Assembly: GCA_021807125.1 (NCBI GenBank)
Contig: JAKAPK010000003.1
Span: 796 to 64,795, forward strand
DNA: 64,000 nt
Source of the DNA: Nanobdellota archaeon
Lineage (GTDB): Archaea; Nanobdellota; Nanobdellia; Parvarchaeales; Parvarchaeaceae
Reading direction: 5' to 3'
The notes under the pieces are model-generated. The model worked only from the letters and a program-made list of their open reading frames with translations. It was not told the DNA's origin and did no database searches. A program made the translations under genes and the position numbers. Shown here one piece after another: positions 28,842 to 38,099 of this stretch (position 1 is its first letter; each line of letters opens with the position of its first letter).

Positions 28842-29780
28842 TTATGCTTTTATTTTCAAGTCTTCCTCTGACTGCTTGAATTTTCTTATCCTGGTGTCTG
28901 CACCTGTGAGTAACCTGTAATACTTGCTGAATTCGCACAAACTATGCTCTACGTTCCTTAATGTCAAGTCATTGCCATGCCAAAATTTAAAATGTAAACC
29001 CAATCTTTCGAAATGAAACCTTTGATCTTCGCGTAGTATTTTTATAAGATCTGCATATGAGAACGCGTCTTTACATTTGAAAATGTAATCAAGACCCCTC
29101 CTACAGCCTGGACCTGCATTAACCCAATCATCCTCGGAAAATTTTATTATGCCGGAATAATTAATGTCTATTACTGCTTCATATGCAAGAAAATCGCCGA
29201 AGTGTGTTATACTCTTTATAACAGAGTGTGCCTCCTCCAAAGACTTTGAATTGATAATCCCATAAAAGTAACGGTCGAAATTCCTTACTATATCGTTTTG
29301 TATCACGCCGTAAACCATATTTGGAAGTTTTTTTTCGTAGCCGCCATACTTTGCACCGGACACCATAAACGCATTTGTAAATACTGGTTTTCTGGAGTCT
29401 TCTATCTTTTTCAACGTCCTATAGATTTTGTCTGCATCGAAATTTGAAACGTGTTGAAAACCTATTGCTCTGTGTGATTCTATTTTATTGAATATCCTAT
29501 AAATCAGAATATTGAATATTACGTCTTCTGGTTTTCCCCTGCCAATTATTTCATTTTTAACGTAAAGAGTGCCCCTGTCCAGTTCCCTGTAAACGTTAGT
29601 GAATTTGTATTTTCTAAGTATTTCATCGTTTGTCCATGGTTGCGGAAGTTTTTCCACAAATCTTTTGTAGAAGATGTTTTGTCTTTCTGTAACAAACCTA
29701 AAAAATAGGTCCAGATTCTCCTTATAAACAGTAAGTGAATTATTTCGTTTTGGTTCGTAAATGGTTATTGAATTATTCAT
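28842..29780 (-). CDS. protein resembling phage DNA base (thymidine) hypermodification enzymes (aGPT-Pplase / 5-hmdU-DNA-kinase helical-domain families)
   Basis: The N-terminal block ERQNIFYKRFVEKLPQPWTNDEILRKYKFTNVYRELDRGT matches my recollection of the conserved ER..I...R..G.P.PWT.D.IL..Y.F.NV.RE.DR.T block in 'putative DNA base hypermodification protein' families. No P-loop is present. The assignment rests on memory of the family and is not a search result. Confidence 0.55.
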   Translation of the reverse strand: MNNSITIYEPKRNNSLTVYKENLDLFFRFVTERQNIFYKRFVEKLPQPWTNDEILRKYKFTNVYRELDRGTLYVKNEIIGRGKPEDVIFNILIYRIFNKIESHRAIGFQHVSNFDADKIYRTLKKIEDSRKPVFTNAFMVSGAKYGGYEKKLPNMVYGVIQNDIVRNFDRYFYGIINSKSLEEAHSVIKSITHFGDFLAYEAVIDINYSGIIKFSEDDWVNAGPGCRRGLDYIFKCKDAFSYADLIKILREDQRFHFERLGLHFKFWHGNDLTLRNVEHSLCEFSKYYRLLTGADTRIRKFKQSEEDLKIKA

Positions 29781-29819
29781 AGATTAGAGAAGATATTCTC
29801 ATATATTATTATATTAGGG

Positions 29820-29837
29820 TTGTGCATATATGCACAA
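29820..29837. promoter_or_regulatory. perfect 18-bp palindrome TTGTGCATATATGCACAA in a divergent promoter region
   Basis: Self-complementary over all 18 nt. Lies between the start of the hypermodification-like gene (29780, minus) and the 4-TM gene (29872, plus), flanked by AT-rich TATA-like boxes on both sides (TATTTAAA at 29843-29850). Confidence 0.5.
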
Positions 29838-29871
29838 AATAGTATTTAAACGGGCGGCATAATAATTAGTT

Positions 29872-30288
29872 ATGAAACAGATAAAAAAGTCACTATTATT
29901 GGAAGAGCGCCTTTGGATAATTATTAGCATCATTTTGATAGTTGTTGGTACATTGCTATGGCTTTACGCCGATTACGCAATGGTTTCTGGTCTAACTTCA
30001 TGGTCATCATCATACACTTCATGGTTTCCCCTTATATATTCAGGTATAATCCTTCTTGTCTTTGGTATAGCTGTATGGGCTGTCGTTGATCATCACGGCA
30101 AACTTACACTAACGAGCATTGTTCTTTTAGTAGTTGGTGTAGTTGGTTGGGCATATGCAGATTACAGTTGGCTTAGTGGTTATTTGTCCACGACCATGTG
30201 GTATTATCTACTTATGTCGACGATTGCGCTTATAGTAATAGGAACTGCGCTTTGGACATATACCGACATTAAAACTAAACTACTCTAA
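29872..30288 (+). CDS. small 4-TM membrane protein with internal duplication
   Basis: Two homologous halves (LWLYADYAMVSGLTSW / GWAYADYSWLSGYLST, each followed by a second helix ending ..WAVVDHH / ..WTYTDIK). Confidence 0.6.
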   Translation: MKQIKKSLLLEERLWIIISIILIVVGTLLWLYADYAMVSGLTSWSSSYTSWFPLIYSGIILLVFGIAVWAVVDHHGKLTLTSIVLLVVGVVGWAYADYSWLSGYLSTTMWYYLLMSTIALIVIGTALWTYTDIKTKLL

Positions 30289-30382
30289 TAAAATTTAACC
30301 GACTAACATAAAACGGTATTAATTTCTAATAAACTAAAAAACTAATAACAAGACTTAAATGTAAAATTAAACATAAAGACCT

Positions 30383-31165
30383 ATGGCTAAACTTGTATTT
30401 TTAGGCACCGCTGCTGCCGGTTTTGTCGGCAGTAAGAGACAACAGTCTGCAGTCTATTTTGATGGCTTGCTTCTTGATTGCGGAGCAGATGTTATCGGTA
30501 GACTAGAAGATTTAAAATTAGCGGGTAATCTCGTCGCGATATTGATAACACATCTACATTATGACCATTATGGTGGACTTTTTAGCTTACTTGTTAATTT
30601 AGCTATAAAGGAAGATGTTAAAATTAAAATGGGAGCAAAAACGAAAAAACCGAAGCTAACAATATACGCTCCTGGTGGACTTAACACAATATTAGAAGCA
30701 ATAAAAGTAACTGGAAAAGTGTATGACTTCGTTTTTGATAGACTTGACTTAAAATTCATTGAAGTTAATACTTCATTAAATTTTGAAGAAGCAGGAAAAA
30801 AAATAAAACCAATATTGATGGACCATGGAAAAACTGTTGACTTCGGTTATTTAATTGAAACAAATGGCTTTAAGCTTTTTTATGGCGGAGACTCAAGTTT
30901 TCCATCTAATGTACAAAACATAAGGGCAGATTATTTAATACATGAGGCAACTTTTCAGAATAAATACATAGATGCAGCAAAAGCGAGCGGACACAGCACG
31001 GCTAAGCAGGCTGCGGAAGCTGCAACCAAATGTGGCGCGAAAAAACTTTTTTTAACACACGTAACAAACGTAATAGTTCCAGAAAGTGAACTTGAACTAG
31101 AAGCTAAAAGAGTATTCGCAAATACTGTACTTCCTAATGACATGCAAAGTTTTGAATTGGATTAA
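30383..31165 (+). CDS. MBL-fold metallo-hydrolase (RNase Z/ElaC-like)
   Basis: LLLDCGAD and the metal motif ILITHLHYDHYGG, plus later H/D ligands (LIHEATF, GHSTA, LTHV). Confidence 0.8.
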   Translation: MAKLVFLGTAAAGFVGSKRQQSAVYFDGLLLDCGADVIGRLEDLKLAGNLVAILITHLHYDHYGGLFSLLVNLAIKEDVKIKMGAKTKKPKLTIYAPGGLNTILEAIKVTGKVYDFVFDRLDLKFIEVNTSLNFEEAGKKIKPILMDHGKTVDFGYLIETNGFKLFYGGDSSFPSNVQNIRADYLIHEATFQNKYIDAAKASGHSTAKQAAEAATKCGAKKLFLTHVTNVIVPESELELEAKRVFANTVLPNDMQSFELD

Positions 31166-31276
31166 ATCTAAAAATGCGCGCGTTTTCTGCTGAAAAGAAC
31201 TGATTAAAGTATGACTAATAGAAAAAAGACGACCAATCGTGATATGCAGGCTATTAATAATTATCTTTTTGTTGTA

Positions 31277-32140
31277 TTAAATAAAATTAAAAATCAACAG
31301 GGCTGCTATCACTACCAATATTCCAATTGCTTCTTTCGCTGAAAACTTCTCCTTGAGAAAAATAAGCGACATTATGACAATAATTGGAGAAACTAGAGTT
31401 ATTACTAACGGACTAAGAACTGGATTTATTGTATAAGCATATGCAAATACAGCTGTCGCAGAACCGTTCAATATGCCAGCAAACAATGTCGAACGCGACA
31501 TATGACGAATTTTAGTAGTGTTCTTATTTTTATTTAGATGAGAGTACACTAATGCAGCAGCAAGAGAGACACCAGACAGAGCCCAGTAATAAACGATTGG
31601 TGATTGTTGTCTCGGGAGCGTATAAAACAAAAGCCACATAAATGTCCATGATACCGCCGCTATAACTGAAAAATATATCGAAGCTCTATTACGAGCTTTT
31701 TCATTTTTTCTGCCATAACTCATAAGTATTATTCCAGACATAAGTATCACACCTGCTATAAGCGACTTGTATAACAAAGAAAAAAAGTAAAGTAGGCTAC
31801 TAAAGACTGCTATCATTATTGACTGACCTGCATTTGATATCGGCGCCACGATACCGAGCTTACCGCGTGAGTACGCTGTGAACATAGATACTACACCTAC
31901 GAAATTCAGCATTCCTATAACTGATATTGTTAGCAAACTACCGATAGTTGTTTGAGACAGCAAGTCTCCAACGAAAATTGTTGATGGAAAAAAAGCACCT
32001 ATAAACACTCCCCATGAAAAATCCAATATGGTCACATTTACATTTTTCTTGCTTATTTTGTATTTTACCAACATAGGAAACAATGACCAAAATATCAGAA
32101 CCAGCAATAATGCTGCACCATAAAATAGAATATTAACCAT
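31277..32140 (-). CDS. EamA/DMT-family transporter
   Basis: 10 TM helices in two EamA-like halves. The Met at 32140 (MVNILFYGAALLL) is the likely start; the ORF opens at 32203. Confidence 0.75.
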   Translation of the reverse strand: MVNILFYGAALLLVLIFWSLFPMLVKYKISKKNVNVTILDFSWGVFIGAFFPSTIFVGDLLSQTTIGSLLTISVIGMLNFVGVVSMFTAYSRGKLGIVAPISNAGQSIMIAVFSSLLYFFSLLYKSLIAGVILMSGIILMSYGRKNEKARNRASIYFSVIAAVSWTFMWLLFYTLPRQQSPIVYYWALSGVSLAAALVYSHLNKNKNTTKIRHMSRSTLFAGILNGSATAVFAYAYTINPVLSPLVITLVSPIIVIMSLIFLKEKFSAKEAIGILVVIAALLIFNFI

Positions 32141-32221
32141 AAAATACGAGATTGCACGTAATAAATAAATCTTTAATTTGGTGTTTATATAATATCTAAT
32201 CAAAAGATTTATCTTGTATAT

Positions 32222-33145
32222 CTATTTTGAAAGATATCTGAGCGACAAAATCATTCCCACTGCGACCATAATAATCGAAAACACAGTCAAATAAAGAAAA
32301 TCAAACCAGAGTGGATTTGCACCGGCTATACCCAGAAGTGCCTGTCGGCCGGCGTCTACTGCATAGCTTATGGGGTTTATTGCAACGATCGTCTGCATCC
32401 ACGACGGCATTATCTTGGTTGGAAACAAAGCGTTGCTAGCAAAGATGAGTGGTAAATTAAGAAGGTTCATTATCGTCATCTGCGTCTGCCAGTCCTTAGA
32501 CCTCAACGCCAACATTGTAAAAAGAGAAGATAGACTTAATGCGAGTAAGAACATCGCCGCGAACGCAACCAACAAGGACACCGGGTTTATATAGGATGTG
32601 TCCATACCAAGAACTACGGCTACTATTAACACTATGGCTGCCTGTGCAAGTGATCTCACAACTCCGGAGAGTACCTTACCGACCACTATTGAACCACGTG
32701 GTATTGGCGCACTTAAAATTTTATTTAAGTATCCTAATCTTCTGTCCCAGACTATAGACATCCCGCTGAACATGGCCGCGAAGACTATTACAAAAACCAA
32801 CATCCCCACAGAGAGAAACGAAAAGTAACTAGTTGTGCCGAATGTATTTGTAAGAAGTGTATTTCCCAAATTATTCAATACACTCGCAGGTATATTTACA
32901 CCGGGGATATTAAATGACGCTCCTGAAAATAAAGAACCGAAATTTGCGGCTTTACCGAATAAACCCAGCCAGATAATTGGTTGTATAAGCGTCATTATTA
33001 ACAGTAAAGGAACCCTATACCATTTCTTTAATTCTCTATTTGCGATTGTCCATATACCGTGCAGAGGGTTATTTAATGCCTCATACTCTGCGGCCCGCTC
33101 CGCCTCCAAGGCTTTGTTATAGTTTGTTTTAATTTTGTCCGGCAT
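32222..33145 (-). CDS. ABC-2 type transporter permease
   Basis: 6 TM helices. ABC-2 membrane pattern directly downstream (3-nt gap) of an ATPase gene. Confidence 0.85.
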   Translation of the reverse strand: MPDKIKTNYNKALEAERAAEYEALNNPLHGIWTIANRELKKWYRVPLLLIMTLIQPIIWLGLFGKAANFGSLFSGASFNIPGVNIPASVLNNLGNTLLTNTFGTTSYFSFLSVGMLVFVIVFAAMFSGMSIVWDRRLGYLNKILSAPIPRGSIVVGKVLSGVVRSLAQAAIVLIVAVVLGMDTSYINPVSLLVAFAAMFLLALSLSSLFTMLALRSKDWQTQMTIMNLLNLPLIFASNALFPTKIMPSWMQTIVAINPISYAVDAGRQALLGIAGANPLWFDFLYLTVFSIIMVAVGMILSLRYLSK

Positions 33146-33148
33146 AAA

Positions 33149-34159
33149 TTACATCCTTGCAGTTCTTATAGTGTGCAGCTGCCTAAACTGGGCGTCCTTA
33201 TCGCTTTGCTCGTTACGAATAGATTTTCCCGTATATTCCAGATAAACCTCATCCATCGTAGGTTTAGTAAGGAATATCTTAGTTATGTGGTATTTATTCT
33301 TTAGTATAAGATCGATTATTTTTGGGGCCAGTTCTTCGCCATTCTTTGCCTTGATCCTATATTCTCCACCGGATCTTTTTACGTCTTTTACATTTTTTAT
33401 TTTTAATATTCTGTCGGAAATATTTATCGATGTTTCTTTTATTCCTATCTCTATTATATCACCGCCCAACCCTGCTTTAAGCTCTTTTGGCGTGCCCATC
33501 TTGACTATTTTTCCATGATCTATTATCGCTACCCTATCACAAAGAGCGTCTACTTCTTCCAAATAGTGTGTTGTTAAAAATATAGTCATTGAGTACTCTT
33601 TTTTCAATTTCGTTATATAACTCCAAACGGCTGTCCTAGTTTGAACATCAAGCCCTAATGTGGGCTCGTCCAAGAAGAGGAGTTTCGGTCTGTTTATAAG
33701 TCCACACGCTAGTTCAAAGCGTCTTCTCATCCCTCCAGAATAACTGTCTATTTTATTTTTAGCTACATCCTGAAGACTAACTAATTTTAAAAGTTCGGCG
33801 GCCCTAGGGACGGCGATATTCCGCGGTATACCATATAAATCTGCACAGAATATTATATATTCTTGTCCGGTCATATCCGAATCGGATGTATAATCCTGTG
33901 GAACCGTGCCTATAGATTTCCTTACTTCCATCGGTTCCTTTGATATATTATAGCCACATACCATAGCAGTACCACTTGTTGGCGGAAATAAGGTAGTCAG
34001 CATATTTATCGTCGTAGATTTACCAGCGCCGTTTGGTCCTAGAAAACCAAATATTTCACCATAATTTATGTTGAAACTTATATCATCGACTGCTTTTACT
34101 TTGTTATCAAAAACCTTTGTAAGATTCTTCACTTCGATTATCGCGTTTTTGTTTGCCAT
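33149..34159 (-). CDS. ABC transporter ATP-binding protein (DrrA/CcmA-like)
   Basis: Walker A GPNGAGKST, signature YSGGMRRR, Walker B LLFLDEPTLGLD and H-loop TTHYLEE. Confidence 0.92.
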   Translation of the reverse strand: MANKNAIIEVKNLTKVFDNKVKAVDDISFNINYGEIFGFLGPNGAGKSTTINMLTTLFPPTSGTAMVCGYNISKEPMEVRKSIGTVPQDYTSDSDMTGQEYIIFCADLYGIPRNIAVPRAAELLKLVSLQDVAKNKIDSYSGGMRRRFELACGLINRPKLLFLDEPTLGLDVQTRTAVWSYITKLKKEYSMTIFLTTHYLEEVDALCDRVAIIDHGKIVKMGTPKELKAGLGGDIIEIGIKETSINISDRILKIKNVKDVKRSGGEYRIKAKNGEELAPKIIDLILKNKYHITKIFLTKPTMDEVYLEYTGKSIRNEQSDKDAQFRQLHTIRTARM

Positions 34160-34162
34160 ATT

Positions 34163-34603
34163 TTATTCTATAAGTGCTGAGAGCCGTTTTATTATCTCTG
34201 TTATCCTTTTACGATTTTTTACAAATTCCTTTTTGCCATTTCTGCTAAGGTCTTCCATATAGGAGATATAACTTTCTATTTCGACGAGCGCATCGTGAAT
34301 GCTAGTTGCTGGAGCACCAAAAACGCTGCCAAAAAACGGACTTTCTACGCTTTCTCTATGCTTTGAGTTTATCTCATATTTTCCATCTTTGTTTTTGTTT
34401 AACATAGATTCTCTTACCATGTCCTCAAGTAAAGGGTATATAGAACCTGGAGATGGTCGCCACCAACCGCCGCTCATTTCCTGCACTTTATCCATTATCT
34501 CTGTACCGGATAATTTCGTATTTCTAAGCAAAGTAAGTATTATCGGTCTAAGTATCCCTCTTTTTGACCCTCCCCAAAAACGCCATGGCGCGTGATTAAG
34601 CAT
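34163..34603 (-). CDS. PadR-family transcriptional regulator
   Basis: ILRPIILTLLRNTKLSGTEIMDKVQE..WRPSPGSIYPLLEDMVRESML is the PadR winged-helix signature. First gene of the ABC operon. Confidence 0.88.
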   Translation of the reverse strand: MLNHAPWRFWGGSKRGILRPIILTLLRNTKLSGTEIMDKVQEMSGGWWRPSPGSIYPLLEDMVRESMLNKNKDGKYEINSKHRESVESPFFGSVFGAPATSIHDALVEIESYISYMEDLSRNGKKEFVKNRKRITEIIKRLSALIE

Positions 34604-34638
34604 ATCGATAAATAGATATCGTTTAACCGATATTTAAA
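34602..34638 (-). promoter_or_regulatory. PadR operon promoter with candidate operator half-sites (ATATCG)
   Basis: Inverted repeat ATATCG (34616-34621) N6 CGATAT (34628-34633) overlaps a TTTAAATA box (34631-34638, minus strand) about 28 nt upstream of the ATG at 34603. A third copy lies within the palindrome ATATCGAT (34602-34609) at the start codon. Confidence 0.5.
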
Positions 34639-34779
34639 GCTTTTCTTTAATCTATTTTAATAAAATATTAATCGTGTATTTGCTATCGTAACCTAAATAA
34701 ATTATAACCCCTGTCTCTAAACGAACTAAAGGAATCTTTGTAATTTGAATGCGCACGACAAAATCGCCAAAGTTTTAAT

Positions 34780-35529
34780 TTATGATAGCAGGTGCACAAA
34801 TGCATTGCCACAGGAACCGCCGCCGCGGCCGGTTCTTATTTCTATAGTGTAAGTCTGTGTCGGTAAATTTACCGATGCGATGGGTATGTTGGCTGGTATG
34901 TAGTTTGGTACGTTGTTATCGCAGTCTCCCCAAACAGTGGTGCTGTTACTAAAGTAAGTGTTACCATTATTTCCGACAATAGAAATAATTGCATATCCTG
35001 AATTTCCTGTGGCGTATGTTATATTAAGATTTCCACCGCTCCATGAGCAACTACCCGTCTTTGTACTCGACAGTGAAGATAAAGAGAGTGTGAAATTACC
35101 GCATGATGAGCCGTTAATGCTAACTGTAGTAGGATTTTGGACCAAAGTAGAATTTAGGTTACTACTGACAGAATGTGGTAATGCAGATGAAAGGCCAGCG
35201 AAGGCAAATAAGCCCAAGAAACTGACACCAACTACTGCAACAAAAATAAGAAGTATAACTATAATTGCTATCTCACCCGTGAAAAGTTTAATGGCTATTG
35301 AAGATAATTTTTCATCCTTTCCTTTAAAAACAAAGTATAATATTATGTCTCCAAGCCACCCTAATAAGAACAGCAGAGCGAAAACGCGGTTTTTTTCATT
35401 CTTTATAAGGACATATATTAGAGCTACAAGCTGGCCTATCCCGAGCAAACCGAGCAAAATCCACAACCAACTCGCCTTTTCATTCGAATTCCATTTATTT
35501 GGTGTTACAGTTTGGGTCGGTGTGTCCAT
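34780..35529 (-). CDS. membrane-anchored extracellular protein, hypothetical
   Basis: Three or four N-terminal TM helices followed by a Ser/Asn/Cys-containing ectodomain with N-x-S/T sequons. The antisense 200-aa ORF looks non-protein-like. Confidence 0.6.
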   Translation of the reverse strand: MDTPTQTVTPNKWNSNEKASWLWILLGLLGIGQLVALIYVLIKNEKNRVFALLFLLGWLGDIILYFVFKGKDEKLSSIAIKLFTGEIAIIVILLIFVAVVGVSFLGLFAFAGLSSALPHSVSSNLNSTLVQNPTTVSINGSSCGNFTLSLSSLSSTKTGSCSWSGGNLNITYATGNSGYAIISIVGNNGNTYFSNSTTVWGDCDNNVPNYIPANIPIASVNLPTQTYTIEIRTGRGGGSCGNAFVHLLS

Positions 35530-35909
35530 AAGATTTTTAATAATAATATATTATATATAGTTTTTTCCGACAAGCAATCTTTTTTAACCTATCGGTAGAA
35601 GTTACAAGACAACATTGTGGATGTTTAGGTAGTTACGTTAGCTGTTGCCGTACATCGATTCAGCGATAAGAATCGTTCGACGAATTGTTTATATTTTTCA
35701 TGTACTTTGCTGCTAAAGGCATGCTGTTAAAGCATCCTGTATAAAAACTAATAAAAACGCTTGTTCACTACATTTATACTATAAACACAAATTTAATTTA
35801 TGGACTCTTATAAAAAGAAGCTGATAAAGAGAGCTGAGAGGGACCTTTACACAAGAGAAAAGAAGAAGAGAATACTAAAAAGAAATTACGATAAAGAAAA
35901 TACCACTGC

Positions 35910-38099
35910 CTAATTCGCGCCTACATGCTGTTTTATATCGCGCATCACAGAAACTGCTTTTTTGTAAAGTTCTTTCCTTTTCTCTTTTACGTCTGACTTA
36001 TTAACTGATTTATCGCGCAATTGCAAATAGAACCTTAAGCTTTGCGAGGTACCTGAAGGCCTAATCGTTATATAATTGTAATCGTCGCCAGAAAAGAATA
36101 TTCTTACCCCTTCGTCAGGAAATCCGGGCCAGTCGTGTGATTTATCATATTTCCCGGTGCAATATTCTTCTCCGCGGATGGCGGAAAGTCCTCCAAAAAC
36201 AAATTTCTTGTTGCCGTGATTCAGGCCATCCGTTATTTCAACGGCTTTTTTAAGTATGTTTATTTTTTTGCTTATGCCTTCTATCCCTTCAAACTGTCCG
36301 GATTTCGGCGATGTTTCGTAATAATTTACGAATGCGCCTATCGAGCCGTCTGTGTATATTTCTTGTTCTAGAATATCTATAATAGACCTATTGGTCGACT
36401 TTGCATAGGCTACAAGTTCCGCAAACATTGCAGAAGCAAATATGCCGTCTTTATCCTTAACGTGACCCATATCTCCGAATGTATTCATCGTTTTAGGCTT
36501 GTCACCGAATATTGAGAAACCATTAGATTGCTCACATGTAAATACGTTTATTTTTCTTTTACTATTCATCTCATAAGAATCATACACTATATCGGGGCAG
36601 GATTCTCTTGAAATCGGTATCCCGTCCCATACTTTCTGTATCGCTCCTGCCATCATGGGAAAACCGACCCATGTTTTTACATAGCCCAAGCCATATTTCT
36701 TTGCTAGTAGCTCCAGAACGTCAGTGGTAACGTGAGAAAATGCTATAAACTGCTTATTTGAATCGGGTATTGAACCGCCACCGTTTTCTGCGCGCTTATA
36801 CAATCTATACCAAAGGAGAGCAGACCAAGCTTCATCTGCAGTAAGAAATACGTGATTTGTGTCTTTATCGCCCTTTATTTTTACAACGGATCCGAACCTG
36901 TCTGAATCGGGATCCGTACCGATAAAGATATCACAATTAATAAATTCTTCAATATTGTGTTCTTCAACGAATTTCTTCACTGCGATTTCCATCATCTCCG
37001 GGTCTCCAGGATCCGGCGATTCATCAACCTTAAAGCTGGGAAATGTACCGTCTGGCAGGTTCATGTGCTCTGTAACGCTAGTCTTATAGAAACCTAATTC
37101 TTTTAAAAGTCTAGGCAATAACTCGCCTCCAGTCCCGTGAAATGCCGAGTAACTTATATCTATTGCGCCAGCCCAAACATTTAAAAGTTGCGTATCTACT
37201 ATGAACTTCTTACACTGTTCTATATATCTAGTGTGCATGTCTATAAGCTCACGGGAAAAACGCGAATCGTAATAATCTATGCCCTCATGCCTTGTGCTTT
37301 CGCCTAGGATAATTAATTCATTTGTACTTGCATCGTCTAGCTCCTTTAATTTTATATCCTGTGTAATTACTTTTGATATATAGTCTGTATACATCTTGTT
37401 CCGCTCTAGAACATTTATTTGTGCACCGTATCGGCACACTTTGTATCCGTTGTACCTCTTATCATTGTGACTTGCAGAAATATAAACGCCTAAAGATGCA
37501 CCCAAATCAACTACAGAGAACATTAGTTCGGGATAAGGAACGGCGGAATCAAAGAAATAAACCTTTAAGCCATACGCCAAAAAAAGCTTCGAAACCATTT
37601 CGGCTAGCTCCGTTCCAAGAATTCGACTGTCGTGACCGACTACTATTGTAGTAAGTCCATTTGCATTTGCGTACTTGGCTATACCTGCGGACTTTAATAA
37701 CAAAACTATGTTGTTTATCGTATTTGGTCCTTTAAGAACCGGGGCATCCAGTCCGTTAATTATTAACATCTGCAACTCGTCCCTGAGGTCTGGATTATCA
37801 TATGCACGAAGCACTGCCCTACCGCGTATTCCCGCGGTTCCGAATTTTATATCATCTATAAACGCTTCAACCAAGTCTCCCCAGCGCTCTTGTAGTATTG
37901 CGTTGTACACACCTATCTTCAAATTAGGTGACAAGTCTTCTATGTTCTTGTCGTTAATCCATTTTATTATATTATTAATTACGTTTTTGGTAGCCTTGTC
38001 GTACAATTCCTGTGAAATTGCCTTGCTTTTAAGTTGCGAATTTAGGTAGTTGGATATTCCTTTTGCAGCAATTTTTATAAATTTGGCTGCCTCTTCCAT
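35910..38099 (-). CDS. alpha-D-phosphohexomutase (phosphoglucomutase/phosphomannomutase family), long form
   Basis: FGTAGIRG, the active-site loop YISASHNDKRYNGYK (phospho-Ser), FIGTDPDSDRFG (metal loop), EQSNG and RPSGTSQSLRFY. Confidence 0.88.
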   Translation of the reverse strand: MEEAAKFIKIAAKGISNYLNSQLKSKAISQELYDKATKNVINNIIKWINDKNIEDLSPNLKIGVYNAILQERWGDLVEAFIDDIKFGTAGIRGRAVLRAYDNPDLRDELQMLIINGLDAPVLKGPNTINNIVLLLKSAGIAKYANANGLTTIVVGHDSRILGTELAEMVSKLFLAYGLKVYFFDSAVPYPELMFSVVDLGASLGVYISASHNDKRYNGYKVCRYGAQINVLERNKMYTDYISKVITQDIKLKELDDASTNELIILGESTRHEGIDYYDSRFSRELIDMHTRYIEQCKKFIVDTQLLNVWAGAIDISYSAFHGTGGELLPRLLKELGFYKTSVTEHMNLPDGTFPSFKVDESPDPGDPEMMEIAVKKFVEEHNIEEFINCDIFIGTDPDSDRFGSVVKIKGDKDTNHVFLTADEAWSALLWYRLYKRAENGGGSIPDSNKQFIAFSHVTTDVLELLAKKYGLGYVKTWVGFPMMAGAIQKVWDGIPISRESCPDIVYDSYEMNSKRKINVFTCEQSNGFSIFGDKPKTMNTFGDMGHVKDKDGIFASAMFAELVAYAKSTNRSIIDILEQEIYTDGSIGAFVNYYETSPKSGQFEGIEGISKKINILKKAVEITDGLNHGNKKFVFGGLSAIRGEEYCTGKYDKSHDWPGFPDEGVRIFFSGDDYNYITIRPSGTSQSLRFYLQLRDKSVNKSDVKEKRKELYKKAVSVMRDIKQHVGAN

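Noticed and set aside
27587-30288. Possibility that the ThyA-like/hypermodification-like cassette is part of an integrated virus or mobile element
   Set aside because: No integrase, transposase, capsid or terminase genes, no flanking direct repeats and no tRNA target are visible in the surrounding 10 kb. A provirus origin cannot be supported from this window.
34958-35560. 200-aa plus-strand ORF overlapping the 34780-35529 gene
   Set aside because: The composition looks like an antisense artefact. The minus-strand product has coherent TM helices and a sequon-rich ectodomain.
35800-35913. 37-aa basic ORF (MDSYKKKLIKRAERDLYTREKKKRILKRNYDKENTTA) converging on the phosphohexomutase gene
   Set aside because: Low complexity, overlaps the 3' end of the convergent gene, and has no supporting signals.
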